Shown here piece after piece: positions 1 through 10,162 of a DNA stretch of 64,000 nt (positions are counted from its first letter, which is position 1; each line of letters opens with the position of its first letter). The notes beneath the pieces were generated by a model. It saw nothing but the letters and a program-made list of their open reading frames with translations. It made no database searches and had not been told where the DNA came from. The stretch lies in the IMG/VR virus record IMGVR_UViG_3300044731_002337, positions 230,774 to 294,773 of that record; one strand, 5' to 3'. The translations under genes were made by a program, and so were the position numbers.

Positions 1-624
1 GAGGGAATATCCCAATATGGAATGAATTGTGGTACATTACCTTATCAATCGCCTCAACGATTAAAGGATGGCAAGTGTTCCAAGGCAGATGATATGTGGG
101 CTTTGGGAGTTATATTTTGGCAGATGCAAAATAAGAGATTACCTTATCCAGATCATTTCGATTGTGTTTTGGATTATCGATTCTTCTGGGCACAAGGAAT
201 TTGTGTAAAGGGTGTCACGTTAAGTGAGATATGTTGGAAGAAGGATGCATGTGTGAAGAGATTGATGGAGCATTTACAAATTTCATGGGTTACCGCAGGT
301 GTGCATGACTATGTTCCCGCAGGTGTGCATGACTATGTTACGCCACAAGATACGATGATGATGATGATGATGAAAAAGAGTAATCATAATAATAATAATA
401 AGACATGGGAGATTACAAGGGAGGAATTGGGTGAAGTGGAAGGAAAAGAGTGGATATGGAAATGGGTAAATAAGGTACAAAATGGATTACATAAACGTGG
501 AGCTACTTACAATCGGAATGAGTTGATAGGTTATGTAAAGCAATGTTTTGAATATATATGGTTAGAAGGTAAAGTGGATCCAAGTATTTTATATCATATG
601 TTATGTATTTCCGATGATGAATAA
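1..624 (+). CDS. Ser/Thr protein kinase, C-terminal part (5' truncated by window edge)
   Basis: CGTLPYQSPQ (GTxxYxxPE-like) and ADDMWALGVIFWQM (subdomain IX); frame is open from base 1. Confidence 0.8.
   Translation, partial: EGISQYGMNCGTLPYQSPQRLKDGKCSKADDMWALGVIFWQMQNKRLPYPDHFDCVLDYRFFWAQGICVKGVTLSEICWKKDACVKRLMEHLQISWVTAGVHDYVPAGVHDYVTPQDTMMMMMMKKSNHNNNNKTWEITREELGEVEGKEWIWKWVNKVQNGLHKRGATYNRNELIGYVKQCFEYIWLEGKVDPSILYHMLCISDDE
291..341 (+). repeat. 2x24-bp direct repeat element, in frame (TAGVHDYVPAGVHDYVT)
   Basis: taccgcaggtgtgcatgactatgttcccgcaggtgtgcatgactatgttac; 48/51 nt identical to 35701-35751. Confidence 0.95.
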
Positions 625-663
625 ATATTGATTTTTCAAAAAGTAAAGTTGTTGTTGTTGTTG

Positions 664-1119
664 ATGGAATCTTTATTTCCTGGGTTGATGGAAAGTGTGT
701 CGGGTGAATCAGAGGAGGCTCATGTAGTATCATTTTATGTAGTACAAGCCTTGTCTAGAATTCATTTTCCAGAACCTAAAACATTAACAAGAGTCGAGGT
801 CGAAGTTATGCAAGGGGAGCCTAGATATCATGTACCATATGAACAGAAAGAGATTCGTCTTTGGTGTGTTCCTGTAGAATTGCAAGTATTTCCACCTAGA
901 ATTATTAGATGCCGATTACCATCGAGTCGTCCTCATAGTACAAATTCCAATACACACCAATTGAGTCATCATCATTCATCGAAACAGTTGGTAGTGAAAC
1001 CATTATCATCTACGGTGACGGATATCTCCCGATTGGGATTTGACATTTCATATCTCCAGTCGTTTGTGTTTATACCTGTGACTCGCTTAGGGTTTGACAC
1101 TACATGTCTTCTTCCTTGA
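664..1119 (+). CDS. hypothetical protein
   Basis: ORF fills the gap between kinase and D5 genes; first ATG at 664; no recognisable motif. Confidence 0.5.
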   Translation: MESLFPGLMESVSGESEEAHVVSFYVVQALSRIHFPEPKTLTRVEVEVMQGEPRYHVPYEQKEIRLWCVPVELQVFPPRIIRCRLPSSRPHSTNSNTHQLSHHHSSKQLVVKPLSSTVTDISRLGFDISYLQSFVFIPVTRLGFDTTCLLP

Positions 1120-3161
1120 TTGAAAATCCAACGGGGCCATGGAAGAATGATCCTCGTTTGGTAGTGAATTGTACTCGTATTGGCGCTGTAAATGATGTGA
1201 TGAACATGATCTATCAACGGCCCTATGTAGAGGAGGAAGTGGAAGCACAATTGGTCACGTTTGCGGATCATCATTGGGAGGAAATGACACGTCACTTGGC
1301 TACTTTCCCCTTAAATGAAGAGAGAACTCAAGCCGAGTTATTAACTTTTTTACAATATTTCCATAAGCTTTTTTGTTTTAATAACAAGGGTGATATGGAG
1401 GCCTTGACACGTATTGGTAAAGTGTATAGTGATACGTTGGCCATGTCATCCAAGTATGAACAATTATATGGACAATTACAATTGGTGGAGACCCATTTAA
1501 CGCGTCAAGGTTTTTTGGATGTCAATACGCAAGTGGGTCGTGAATTGAAATGTATGATTACACGGATTTCCATGGCGTTACGAACCTCGTATGAAGTGAT
1601 TGTGGGGATACGTCTATTGCGTCATTCCAATGATCCTGGTCTACGTAGTGCATTACTTAGTATGACCTCGCAAACATTTAAACCCCCCTCTTCTGAAAAT
1701 CAAGGGGTGGAAAAGCAACCCAGGCAAAAACTATTAGACTTTTATTTGGAATATGCTTTCAATCGACAATATCGAAAGGCTGGTAATTATTTGTACAAGC
1801 CAGTGTTCAATGAGGAGGGCATATTCGTGCATGCCTATGAGAGACATCAATCGATTATGCAATTCATTTGTGAAGCATGTTTCCCAGAGACACAAAACGC
1901 TTTTTGGTTCAATATCCTGTCAAGCAACGTAGGGGTCATTCCTTATTTACATAGTATGTTAAAGGAATTGAAGTTTGAGAGGTTACCTATTTTGGAGTAC
2001 AATCGAGACATTTTTGCGTTTACTAATGGGTTGTATGTATTGCCATTGAGACAATTTTTTTGGTTCCGGCCACCACCAGGATGTCGTTCTACTAATGAGT
2101 TGAGTGGTAATTTGACGGCAATCAAGTATCACAAGTTGTTTTTCGATGATGTACGTATGACTCAGGAATTTATGGGTGGTGATTTACGTAATCCGTTGAA
2201 TATTACAATGCCCAATATCAAGTCCATCTTCACACTACAAGGATTTACAGACAGGGAAATGTTTTTCATCTTTGCGTTATTGGGACGATTGTTTCATATG
2301 GGTAAACGATTTGATAATTGGAGTGTTTTCCCATGGTTTTTGGGTATTGGTGCCACGGGTAAGAGTACGATTCTCAAGTTGATTGCCATGATGTATAACC
2401 CTGAAGACATTGGATATTTACCAAATAAGCCATCTGAAGCTTTCTCCTTGGCTACTGCTTATACTGGTCTATTGTTCTTGGCATTGGATATAGATAATCA
2501 CTTTTCATTGGATCAAGCTACGTTTTGCTCGATTGTCTCTCATGAACAAGTGGTGGTCAATGTCAAGAATAAGGATCAGATTTCGATGGAGTGGTTATCA
2601 CATGGGGCGGCCGCAAGTAATTTGATGCCTTCCAAATTTCATAGTGTGGGCAATAACTTGTCTCGTCGTATCATCAATATCGAGTTTGCGTACATTGTGA
2701 AGAATATGAATCCCAATCTCTTTGAAATGTGTCTACGAGAGATTCCAGAGTTTCTGCATGTGTGCAATTCATGTTACTTGATGGCGGCCGAGCGTTTCCA
2801 CAATGTGTCGTTCAAATCGGTGTTGCCTCAAAAATTCAAGGAAATGGAGAAGAGGTGTTTACGCGAGATGAATCCTGTTGACTCGTTTGTGAGTGAAGCC
2901 TGTATTGTATTGAGTATGGATGAGAAGAAGAGTATGAGTAAGAATGATTTTACCAAGGCTTACAAATGGTGGGTGGCTCAAAACAATTTACCACAGCAAC
3001 AATGTAAACTCAATAGTGTGGCCTTCAGCTCGTTACGTACGTATGGAGTCCATGAAGTGAATCATGGTCATGGTGGAGCCATTTTGGAAAACATTATTCT
3101 TCAACCCCACGTGATACCTCTCATTGCGGAATGGGAACAAAGTAAAGGTGGTGGTGGCTAA
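1104..3161 (+). CDS. D5-like SF3 helicase/ATPase (no AEP domain recognised)
   Basis: FAFTNGLY (D5_N-like), ALLGRLF...DNWSVFPWFLGIGATGKST Walker A, AAASN motif C, NLSRRI arginine finger. Confidence 0.9.
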   Translation: MSSSLIENPTGPWKNDPRLVVNCTRIGAVNDVMNMIYQRPYVEEEVEAQLVTFADHHWEEMTRHLATFPLNEERTQAELLTFLQYFHKLFCFNNKGDMEALTRIGKVYSDTLAMSSKYEQLYGQLQLVETHLTRQGFLDVNTQVGRELKCMITRISMALRTSYEVIVGIRLLRHSNDPGLRSALLSMTSQTFKPPSSENQGVEKQPRQKLLDFYLEYAFNRQYRKAGNYLYKPVFNEEGIFVHAYERHQSIMQFICEACFPETQNAFWFNILSSNVGVIPYLHSMLKELKFERLPILEYNRDIFAFTNGLYVLPLRQFFWFRPPPGCRSTNELSGNLTAIKYHKLFFDDVRMTQEFMGGDLRNPLNITMPNIKSIFTLQGFTDREMFFIFALLGRLFHMGKRFDNWSVFPWFLGIGATGKSTILKLIAMMYNPEDIGYLPNKPSEAFSLATAYTGLLFLALDIDNHFSLDQATFCSIVSHEQVVVNVKNKDQISMEWLSHGAAASNLMPSKFHSVGNNLSRRIINIEFAYIVKNMNPNLFEMCLREIPEFLHVCNSCYLMAAERFHNVSFKSVLPQKFKEMEKRCLREMNPVDSFVSEACIVLSMDEKKSMSKNDFTKAYKWWVAQNNLPQQQCKLNSVAFSSLRTYGVHEVNHGHGGAILENIILQPHVIPLIAEWEQSKGGGG

Positions 3162-3186
3162 TAGTATATTATATTTGTTTTTATTC

Positions 3187-3909
3187 TTATTTTGTGAGGA
3201 TGGATGGAGGTCTAATAGTACGATTGAAAAAGGTGATGACTGAAGCAGAAGTGGAGTCTTTATGCCATGAGTTACCGGTGATTGTATGAATATAAGGTCC
3301 GTCAAGAGTTTGTAATAATGGGGATAAGTGAATACGGTATTTCTTGTGATTAGGTAATGAATGATAGGCATCTGAAATAATACCTGGACCAGTGGTAAAT
3401 AATACATGGAAATAATAAATACGTTGTAATACTGATTTATAAGGATTGTATTTAAAAGGGGTGTATAGGAGGTACCAAACATGAACCCAAAAGGAGTGTT
3501 CAGGTATGGACCACATGAATGCATTGGTAAGATTTTGTGTGCCTACATCGCTATCCTTTTTACATATGCCGAGAACAAGTTGTTCATTCTGAAGTTTGGG
3601 GTAAAGTTCGGTGAAGAATTCCTTGGTGGGTACATTATCAAAGTCTGAATAGATGCCGCCATAATGATAGAGTACAAAGTAACGAAAGGTGTCGGCCCGT
3701 TGAATGCCATACGTATAGGCTCTAAATTTGGATAAAAACCAAGGGAAATGGGTAGCAATGAATTGATCAATGGCTTGGTCATCCCAATACATATACGTGA
3801 ATCCATATTCTTGTGCTAAGCGAGTCCATGTATGGTGTGAGTCAACCCATTGTGTTAAAAGAGTGTCAGGTGGACCTTTCCATGTCTGATGAATAATTTT
3901 GGGAATCAT
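3187..3909 (-). CDS. GT32 glycosyltransferase, SUR1/Och1 (MIPC synthase-like) family
   Basis: IPKIIHQTWK, FPWFL, IQRADTFRYFVLYHYGGIYSDFD (DxD), LTNAFM, TTGPG, GNSWH. Confidence 0.9.
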   Translation of the reverse strand: MIPKIIHQTWKGPPDTLLTQWVDSHHTWTRLAQEYGFTYMYWDDQAIDQFIATHFPWFLSKFRAYTYGIQRADTFRYFVLYHYGGIYSDFDNVPTKEFFTELYPKLQNEQLVLGICKKDSDVGTQNLTNAFMWSIPEHSFWVHVWYLLYTPFKYNPYKSVLQRIYYFHVLFTTGPGIISDAYHSLPNHKKYRIHLSPLLQTLDGPYIHTITGNSWHKDSTSASVITFFNRTIRPPSILTK

Positions 3910-4631
3910 GGTGTTTTTATTATGGCTTGAGAACGTGTCAGAATATCATGAAGCGCTTGAGTAGCGGACGCATTATTCGCTGGAGGAATGGCAAACATGG
4001 CAAACATCTTTTCCGTATCAAACATATTCACATGGTCCACAAAGAGAATCAATAAGATGCACACTACATGACGAAGATCCAATATAGAGGCTTGGGCAAT
4101 AATTTGAACTAGTGTCCCTAGAGGAATAGAGGAGTACGTGGTCATGAATTGATGCACCTGTGGCGATAAGGACTCTTTCCACCCTTCCAGTTTCATGGTT
4201 TTGATGAGATTATCATACATGTCATTAGTGGGGTCAGGAATGTCGTGAAGCATTTTCACCAAGTTGGTAATAATCGTATCATGTACATTGGGAAGCTGGA
4301 GGATACAGGGTTTGAAAATGGTATCAAAGTGTCGACAAAGGGTCTTGATAGCCGAATCATATTGTAAAGATTCTTCCAATGAGAGTGGCGGTTCGGTTTG
4401 GGTTGAATGATTGCGCCATTCCAACCAATCATATCCTCGATGATAAGCTAAATCATGAACCAATTGAGGAAATCCAAGGTGTTCTGAACCAAAATAGTTC
4501 TCCATCGCTTGGATAGGTGTGGTTTGGGCATAGGCTTTCAATACAGTCGAAAGAGAAACATGTGATGGAGGTATTGCTAACAATTGATCACCACTCTGAA
4601 TCCACATGAGAAGTAGTGGTAGTTTGTACAT
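3906..4631 (-). CDS. divergent Skp1-like (BTB/POZ) protein
   Basis: N-terminal IQSGDQ...LSTVLK and C-terminal LVQIIAQASILDLRHVV...TEKMFAMFAIP resemble Skp1 (LxSSD...SxTIK; LILAANYLDIKGL...PEEIRKTFNI). Confidence 0.6.
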   Translation of the reverse strand: MYKLPLLLMWIQSGDQLLAIPPSHVSLSTVLKAYAQTTPIQAMENYFGSEHLGFPQLVHDLAYHRGYDWLEWRNHSTQTEPPLSLEESLQYDSAIKTLCRHFDTIFKPCILQLPNVHDTIITNLVKMLHDIPDPTNDMYDNLIKTMKLEGWKESLSPQVHQFMTTYSSIPLGTLVQIIAQASILDLRHVVCILLILFVDHVNMFDTEKMFAMFAIPPANNASATQALHDILTRSQAIIKTP

Positions 4632-4923
4632 TGTGATCTTCTTGATTTGATCGGGAGATTGCCAAGTCTATCATATTAGCTAAATGAATATTAGAATGTA
4701 CGTGTGTTAATCTAGAATGTAACCATATAAAGCTATAATGAATAATTAATAAAATACTACCCAAGATATAAAAGATGGAAATATCAAATAGGGATGCAAG
4801 TCGTTGAACTGTAGTAGTAGTGCCTTCATGTGTTGATGTTGTTGTTGTTGCCATCGTAGTAGAAGAGTTCTGATTTCCATGGATAGGATCAGTTGTTGCA
4901 AAATAATCAGGTGCAAGGTTCAT
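4588..4923 (-). CDS. small membrane protein
   Basis: Thr-rich N-terminus, one hydrophobic segment, upstream A-tract on the minus strand. Confidence 0.55.
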   Translation of the reverse strand: MNLAPDYFATTDPIHGNQNSSTTMATTTTSTHEGTTTTVQRLASLFDISIFYILGSILLIIHYSFIWLHSRLTHVHSNIHLANMIDLAISRSNQEDHNVQTTTTSHVDSEW

Positions 4924-4982
4924 AGTTTTTTTTTTTATTCAATAAAGAAATATAAAACAAAAAAAGTAAAGGGGATTACGTG

Positions 4983-5570
4983 ATGGATTTACCGTATGAG
5001 TTTAAAAAAGTAACACTGGATAAGGATCATCGATGGACATATAAGGAGATGATGTTTTTCTTGGTATGGGTTCAAATTGTATCTGTATGTAATCTGGTAC
5101 TATTTGCAGGTACATGGATGGTGGAAAGTGATCGTTTTTGGATGTCAGTAACTAATTTACTCTTGAGATGGTTGTTATTATTGTTTACAGTGATAAGTAT
5201 TATTTTAGGAGTATTTATTATGACCCGACCTAAATCTGATTTCCAATTTGAATGGTGTTATCGAGTGAATGCGCCACAGGATATGGTTGATGATTACATG
5301 AATTACGATGTGTTGACGGATAATCCTTCTTATAGACCTCCATTGAATGCTTCGGTGAATTGGAAGAAGCAGAATCCTACACCGGCGCCAACGATAAGGT
5401 TTGATGCCTTGGAGAAAAATGTGGAGGAGTTGCAAGTGGAGTTGGAAGATAAAGAGGATCAATGGAGACGTGGAGATGTTTCCGATCTCATTTTACAACA
5501 ATCGAAACAAAAAAATACAGAAAAATCAAAGAACCAGAAGAAGAAGACGAAGAAGAAGAACATAAGATGA
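4983..5570 (+). CDS. two-TM membrane protein with coiled-coil and basic tail
   Basis: Two hydrophobic helices; ATGA overlap with the next gene. Confidence 0.65.
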   Translation: MDLPYEFKKVTLDKDHRWTYKEMMFFLVWVQIVSVCNLVLFAGTWMVESDRFWMSVTNLLLRWLLLLFTVISIILGVFIMTRPKSDFQFEWCYRVNAPQDMVDDYMNYDVLTDNPSYRPPLNASVNWKKQNPTPAPTIRFDALEKNVEELQVELEDKEDQWRRGDVSDLILQQSKQKNTEKSKNQKKKTKKKNIR

Positions 5571-7303
5571 ATCAATTAGTAGTACGTGTGAAATATCAAG
5601 CATTGCCCATGTATGAAGATGGAGTTACGACTAGATCAACCTATCTTTTGGATATATACAGTTTGATTTCTCGTATTTCATTGAATATGATTTTGGGGGC
5701 AATGGTGAAACATGGGATAGTGTATGAGGTCAATATTCGTACTGAGCATGTAGAGGTTCATGCGAAATATGCGGATCAGTTATGGGGAATGATAGCGGAC
5801 CAAGGGTGGGAACTTCACAATACTTCAACGCCCATGTTTGTATTTGATTTGTTAAAGAGGTTTGAGATGAAACGCAAAGTGGTGGATTCAATGGAGGAGA
5901 TACGTGATAAGATTACCCCCATGATATTTGACTGTATGAGGCCATATCAGCAGACATTGGTCAAGATTGGGGTCGAAAGGAATGATGTATTTATTGCGGA
6001 TGAAATGGGTACAGGAAAGACATTCACTGCATTGGGTATTGCGAGATATTGGAATGACAAGACCTTGATTATTACTTTGCCAAACATTATGTACAATTGG
6101 TATGACGAGATTTTGAATCGTATGGACTGGGATAGAAAGAGTGTTATGATATGTCAGAGTACTAAAAAAGTCATCAAATCGGATTGGGGGGATGAAGGAG
6201 TAAAGGTGATTATCATACCTTATGGCATATTATCAAATAAGGAGGTTAGGTCCAAATGTAAAGAGTGGGCTAACACGTTAGTTTTGGATGAATGTCATTC
6301 CGTAAAGAATTTAACAGCCAAGAGAACTCGAGCTGTATTAGATATTTCGCCTAGTATGCTGCATCGTATTATCTTGTCTGGATCGCCATTTGAAAAGAGT
6401 TGTGAAATTTATTCGCAAATGAAAGTATTGGATCCGTTAGGTACACCACCATTTTTCCATTACGATACCAAGAAAACTATTGTGTCACGTGAAGATTTTG
6501 CATCTCGTTATTGTGATCCCAAGAGAGTCATGTTCAAAGGTGGGTTCCCGCAATGGGAGTTTAAAGGGAATGTGCATCAAGAAGAATTGAAAGTCGTAGT
6601 ATCCCAATTCATGGTCAGGCGATTGAAAAAGGATGTGTGTACCCAATTACCTATGAAGGTCAGGCATCGACATGATTTACCAGAAGTGGAAGGAATGTTT
6701 GTCGAGGAGATATTGAAGGAAATGTATTCAGGAAGGGTTATTGATCGAAGTAAGTATACTGAGGCGATCACCATGACCTGTGAACACAAATTACCTCATG
6801 TCATTACCCATGTGAAGGAAGTATTATCAAATCAACTAGAACATGGAAAGATTGTCTTGTTTTTCCATCACATGAAGATGAAGGAAGCATTGATGGACAT
6901 ATGTGAAGAATTGGGACTTGAGTATATCATAATTGATGGAAGTGTTGGTGCAGAGCAAAGACATGCATTACAAGGTCGATTTCAAAAAGAGGAATCATGT
7001 CGTGTAGCATTGTTGTCGATTAAAGCGTCTGGAACGGGAACCAATTTTACGGCGGCATCCAATGTGATTATGACGGAGATATTGCCAACAGCTGCCGATA
7101 TGTTTCAAGCAGAGGATCGTTGTCATCGTATGGGACAAACTTCGGTAGTGAATGTAACGTATCTGGTATTACCCAAATCAGTGGATGAAGTGCATGTACA
7201 ATTGATTGTAAAGAAGTTTGTGAGGTCATCTGCGGTAATGGATCAAGAGAAGCAAGGTGTGGACATGACACGAAAACGGAAGATTCAAGTAATTTCTGAG
7301 TGA
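5567..7303 (+). CDS. SNF2-family ATPase, SMARCAL1/ZRANB3-like
   Basis: IADEMGTGKT, VLDECH, LSGSP, MVRRLKKDVCTQLP, IDGS, LLSIKASGTGTNFTAA, QAEDRCHRMGQ; start placed at the ATGA overlap (ORF extends to 5462). Confidence 0.92.
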   Translation: MNQLVVRVKYQALPMYEDGVTTRSTYLLDIYSLISRISLNMILGAMVKHGIVYEVNIRTEHVEVHAKYADQLWGMIADQGWELHNTSTPMFVFDLLKRFEMKRKVVDSMEEIRDKITPMIFDCMRPYQQTLVKIGVERNDVFIADEMGTGKTFTALGIARYWNDKTLIITLPNIMYNWYDEILNRMDWDRKSVMICQSTKKVIKSDWGDEGVKVIIIPYGILSNKEVRSKCKEWANTLVLDECHSVKNLTAKRTRAVLDISPSMLHRIILSGSPFEKSCEIYSQMKVLDPLGTPPFFHYDTKKTIVSREDFASRYCDPKRVMFKGGFPQWEFKGNVHQEELKVVVSQFMVRRLKKDVCTQLPMKVRHRHDLPEVEGMFVEEILKEMYSGRVIDRSKYTEAITMTCEHKLPHVITHVKEVLSNQLEHGKIVLFFHHMKMKEALMDICEELGLEYIIIDGSVGAEQRHALQGRFQKEESCRVALLSIKASGTGTNFTAASNVIMTEILPTAADMFQAEDRCHRMGQTSVVNVTYLVLPKSVDEVHVQLIVKKFVRSSAVMDQEKQGVDMTRKRKIQVISE

Positions 7304-7325
7304 ATACTAGAAAAAAAAAAAGGAA

Positions 7326-7757
7326 ATGGAAAAACATAATGTGAATAAAATGTGTATTCGAAATAATCCGGGTTCGAAAGAGATGATTCAGTCTGAAAAG
7401 AGGGTTCCGATTACCTTGTTACCTGCGAATACGAGTGATGCTATAGGTCGGTTAAAGAGTAATCCTAAATTTGAGAGTCTAGTTTTACGTACCCAGTTTG
7501 CGGCAGATACAAATACATTAAAGCATGTAAAGCCGATGATGTCATTGTATACGAATTATCCGAAAGAGGTAAAATTATTGTTTTCCGATTCGGCACTAGA
7601 ACGAGTGAAGCGGATAATTCAGGAGTATCCCTTGTTGGAGAGAAATGTCCACGCCGCGAGAGATAGGGATTGTGAACAAGTACCTGAAGGGGGGAGAAGC
7701 GGGTGGAGGAGGAGGAGGATACTTCCCCAAATTTATTATGCGGGGGGTTCTAGCTAG
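7326..7757 (+). CDS. hypothetical protein
   Basis: ORF preceded by an A11 tract; overlaps the next ORF. Confidence 0.55.
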   Translation: MEKHNVNKMCIRNNPGSKEMIQSEKRVPITLLPANTSDAIGRLKSNPKFESLVLRTQFAADTNTLKHVKPMMSLYTNYPKEVKLLFSDSALERVKRIIQEYPLLERNVHAARDRDCEQVPEGGRSGWRRRRILPQIYYAGGSS

Positions 7758-8523
7758 TCTCTTTCATGATGAGACAAGAGTAGCTAAAATCTTTCATGAG
7801 TTACGCAAGGCAGAATCGGGTGATACATGGATGGTGGAAATGCTCATGAACTTGAAAATTATGAACTTTGGAGGAACTTTATCCCCTTTCATACTCAAGT
7901 GTGAAAGCATACACGAAGAAGAACGTGTCATTGTATTTCCTTATTGCCATCAAATAGATATCATTCACTATATGGAGCGTAACCGTTGTTCGGAAGAGCT
8001 CCTGTTGAAATGGGTGGACCAAATGATTGATGCAGTGTATTGTTTACATGAACATCTCGAGATTGCGCATATGGACTTATCATTGGAAAACTTCATGTTG
8101 ACTCAAGATTTGGAAATACGTTTGGGGGATTTTGCACAAGCGTGTCATGCGAATTCAGTGTTAACTATTACGGGGTCAATTGGCAAGAAATCGTATGGGG
8201 CATATGAGATATTTGCGCGAGATACGGTGTATAATCCAAAGACTTGTGATATGTGGTCATTAGGCATTTGCATCTTTGCCATGTTTTTCAATTGCCTATT
8301 ATGGTTTTCTCATCGCGACTCTCGATTTATCGGTTTTATTCATAATCAAGGCCAGTTTTGGGAAAAGTTGGAAGAAGCAATCAAACAAGTAAAAGGGGAA
8401 CAACAAGATGTGATCACTTTCAAGATCCTCAAGTTGGTGAAAAGACTTGTGGTGTTGAATCCGGATGAACGCATGACCATTAAGGAACTAAAACAAGAAA
8501 TGATGACGATGATAATAAAATAA
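7645..8523 (+). CDS. Ser/Thr protein kinase (divergent)
   Basis: RVAKIF, HMDLSLENFML, GDFAQA, GKKSYGAYE, CDMWSLGI, NPDERMTI; start uncertain. Confidence 0.88.
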   Translation: MSTPREIGIVNKYLKGGEAGGGGGGYFPKFIMRGVLASLFHDETRVAKIFHELRKAESGDTWMVEMLMNLKIMNFGGTLSPFILKCESIHEEERVIVFPYCHQIDIIHYMERNRCSEELLLKWVDQMIDAVYCLHEHLEIAHMDLSLENFMLTQDLEIRLGDFAQACHANSVLTITGSIGKKSYGAYEIFARDTVYNPKTCDMWSLGICIFAMFFNCLLWFSHRDSRFIGFIHNQGQFWEKLEEAIKQVKGEQQDVITFKILKLVKRLVVLNPDERMTIKELKQEMMTMIIK

Positions 8524-8532
8524 AAACGGGAA

Positions 8533-8868
8533 ATGACAAATGAAAGCATTACAGTAAATATGAATGTAGAAGAAATAGACTTTATGATTGCTGATTTAAC
8601 TACGAAACTTACACATCAAAAACATGTTATATATATTTTGAAAACTAAGAAACATGATCGGTTTGCAGCGTTACAAGTGAATACAGCGTGTCACCGCATG
8701 AGTAAAATGCAAACTGATTTAGACTTCTTGCATTTATTAAAGCAGCAATTAGAAATGGGGACACAAGATGATCAATGGCTAATGGATTTCCCCATTTATT
8801 TGAGTACCATTCAAAAGATGAGGTTGAAATATGCCTCCTTATTGGCCAAGGCAGCCAACTTGAAATGA
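8533..8868 (+). CDS. hypothetical helical protein
   Basis: Tiles the gene map; no motif. Confidence 0.55.
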   Translation: MTNESITVNMNVEEIDFMIADLTTKLTHQKHVIYILKTKKHDRFAALQVNTACHRMSKMQTDLDFLHLLKQQLEMGTQDDQWLMDFPIYLSTIQKMRLKYASLLAKAANLK

Positions 8869-8874
8869 ACAAGA

Positions 8875-9186
8875 TCAAGCATCAAATTCATGGCGGGGAA
8901 CAGAGATTCGAATCTTGACATGTGAAATGGTAAAGTCCAGGATAATGAAGGGTGGATGATGGCGTCGAGAAGCAATATGAATGATTGGATCCGTTTTGGC
9001 CGTGTCGAGAATCTTGACAATTTGTGCTGCTATCACTTTAGATTCCTCCGGATACGTTCGAAAATACTTGCGTAAACATTCAATGGAAGTATAGGTATGC
9101 CGTGTAAATCGATCACTCTTCTTTGGTTGAAGACTTGCATTCGCCCGGGATAAAAAACGGGAAGCGCGTGACAAGTTCCGATCCAT
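8875..9186 (-). CDS. hypothetical basic protein
   Basis: Tiles the gene map; shares an upstream motif with 9263-10123. Confidence 0.5.
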   Translation of the reverse strand: MDRNLSRASRFLSRANASLQPKKSDRFTRHTYTSIECLRKYFRTYPEESKVIAAQIVKILDTAKTDPIIHIASRRHHPPFIILDFTISHVKIRISVPRHEFDA

Positions 9187-9216
9187 AATGATTCATGTTG
9201 CTTTATTTCCATCCAT

Positions 9217-9248
9217 GCGGAAAATCCAAAAAAAAACAGGAAAAATGT
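9217..9248 (-). promoter_or_regulatory. candidate promoter motif, copy 1 (minus strand T9-GGATTTTCCGC)
   Basis: gcggaaaatccaaaaaaaaacaggaaaaatgt, near-identical to 10133-10162; both lie upstream of minus-strand ATGs. Confidence 0.45.
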
Positions 9249-9262
9249 ACATAATAAAATTG

Positions 9263-10123
9263 TTATGACTCATTTATTTGTAATTGGTTCCACATGTATT
9301 TGGCGATGTCTACATTGGGTGAGGTTGGGTTTTCTATAATGAATTCTTGTAGGGTAAGAGTCATGGCGAGTCGATCTAGGCCGTGTTGATGATTCTGTTC
9401 GCTGATATGATAGGGAGAGCCAAAATCAATGAGTTTCAGTGTGAATGAGGGGGTTTTGAGGTAGCCAATATTAGATAGACACAAATCATGGTGAAATAGT
9501 TTGTGGTGAGACATGTAGTGGAGCATATCTTGAAGTTGTTTGACAATCATATCCGCTTCCGTTTGCGTGATGGGTGAGGAAGAGTGAAGTAGTAAGTCTT
9601 CTAGGGTTCCATCCAATTGTTGCATGAGGATGCAGTAATAAGTGGTTTGCAAATATGTAATGGTAAAGTGTTCAATGGGTACAACGCCCAGATTATGATG
9701 GTAAAATAGTCGCATATGGTCGACTTCATTTTGGTAATATAAAGAGTTGGTGGAGATTTTGAGAACAACTGGTTGACATTGAAAGAGGACAAGAAAGGCT
9801 ACACCAAAGCATCCATGATTAAGGTATTGGATAAATTGGAACTTGATAGGGGACAAGAGGGAGATGGATCGAATATGGTCAATGATGAAAAGTTGTTGTT
9901 GAGTAATGTGCGATTGGACGTTAGGGAGAAATTCATTAGCAATGTCCATGAACGTTTGTGTGGTGAGCCGATGATAAGTTGGATCATGGGTTGGTTGAGA
10001 TTGATAGAAACGGATAGCTGTATCTAGAATATAACGATTGCCATATGATAGATGTACATATCCTGGTCTGGAAGTAATTTGTGCAATCAGATCTTGTTTC
10101 ATTTTGTTCAATGTACAAGACAT
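9263..10123 (-). CDS. protein kinase-like protein with short C-lobe
   Basis: GCFGVAF Gly-loop, VVLKIS, NEV, HHDLCLSNIGY, KLIDFG. Confidence 0.85.
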   Translation of the reverse strand: MSCTLNKMKQDLIAQITSRPGYVHLSYGNRYILDTAIRFYQSQPTHDPTYHRLTTQTFMDIANEFLPNVQSHITQQQLFIIDHIRSISLLSPIKFQFIQYLNHGCFGVAFLVLFQCQPVVLKISTNSLYYQNEVDHMRLFYHHNLGVVPIEHFTITYLQTTYYCILMQQLDGTLEDLLLHSSSPITQTEADMIVKQLQDMLHYMSHHKLFHHDLCLSNIGYLKTPSFTLKLIDFGSPYHISEQNHQHGLDRLAMTLTLQEFIIENPTSPNVDIAKYMWNQLQINES

Positions 10124-10132
10124 GATGAAGCG

Positions 10133-10162
10133 GCGGAAAGTCCAAAAAAAATAGAAATATGT
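10133..10162 (-). promoter_or_regulatory. candidate promoter motif, copy 2 (minus strand T8-GGACTTTCCGC)
   Basis: gcggaaagtccaaaaaaaatagaaatatgt, about 10 nt upstream of the kinase ATG. Confidence 0.45.

Noticed and set aside
1030-1099. Degenerate direct repeat (RLGFD x2) just upstream of the D5 start
   Set aside because: Only about 16 bp with mismatches and two copies; not enough to call a regulatory element
5462-5566. N-terminal extensions of track ORFs (5462, 10161, 11305, 12827, 29572, 30626, 45889, 59279)
   Set aside because: They translate A-tract leaders or neighbouring genes; downstream ATGs after the A-tracts are better starts
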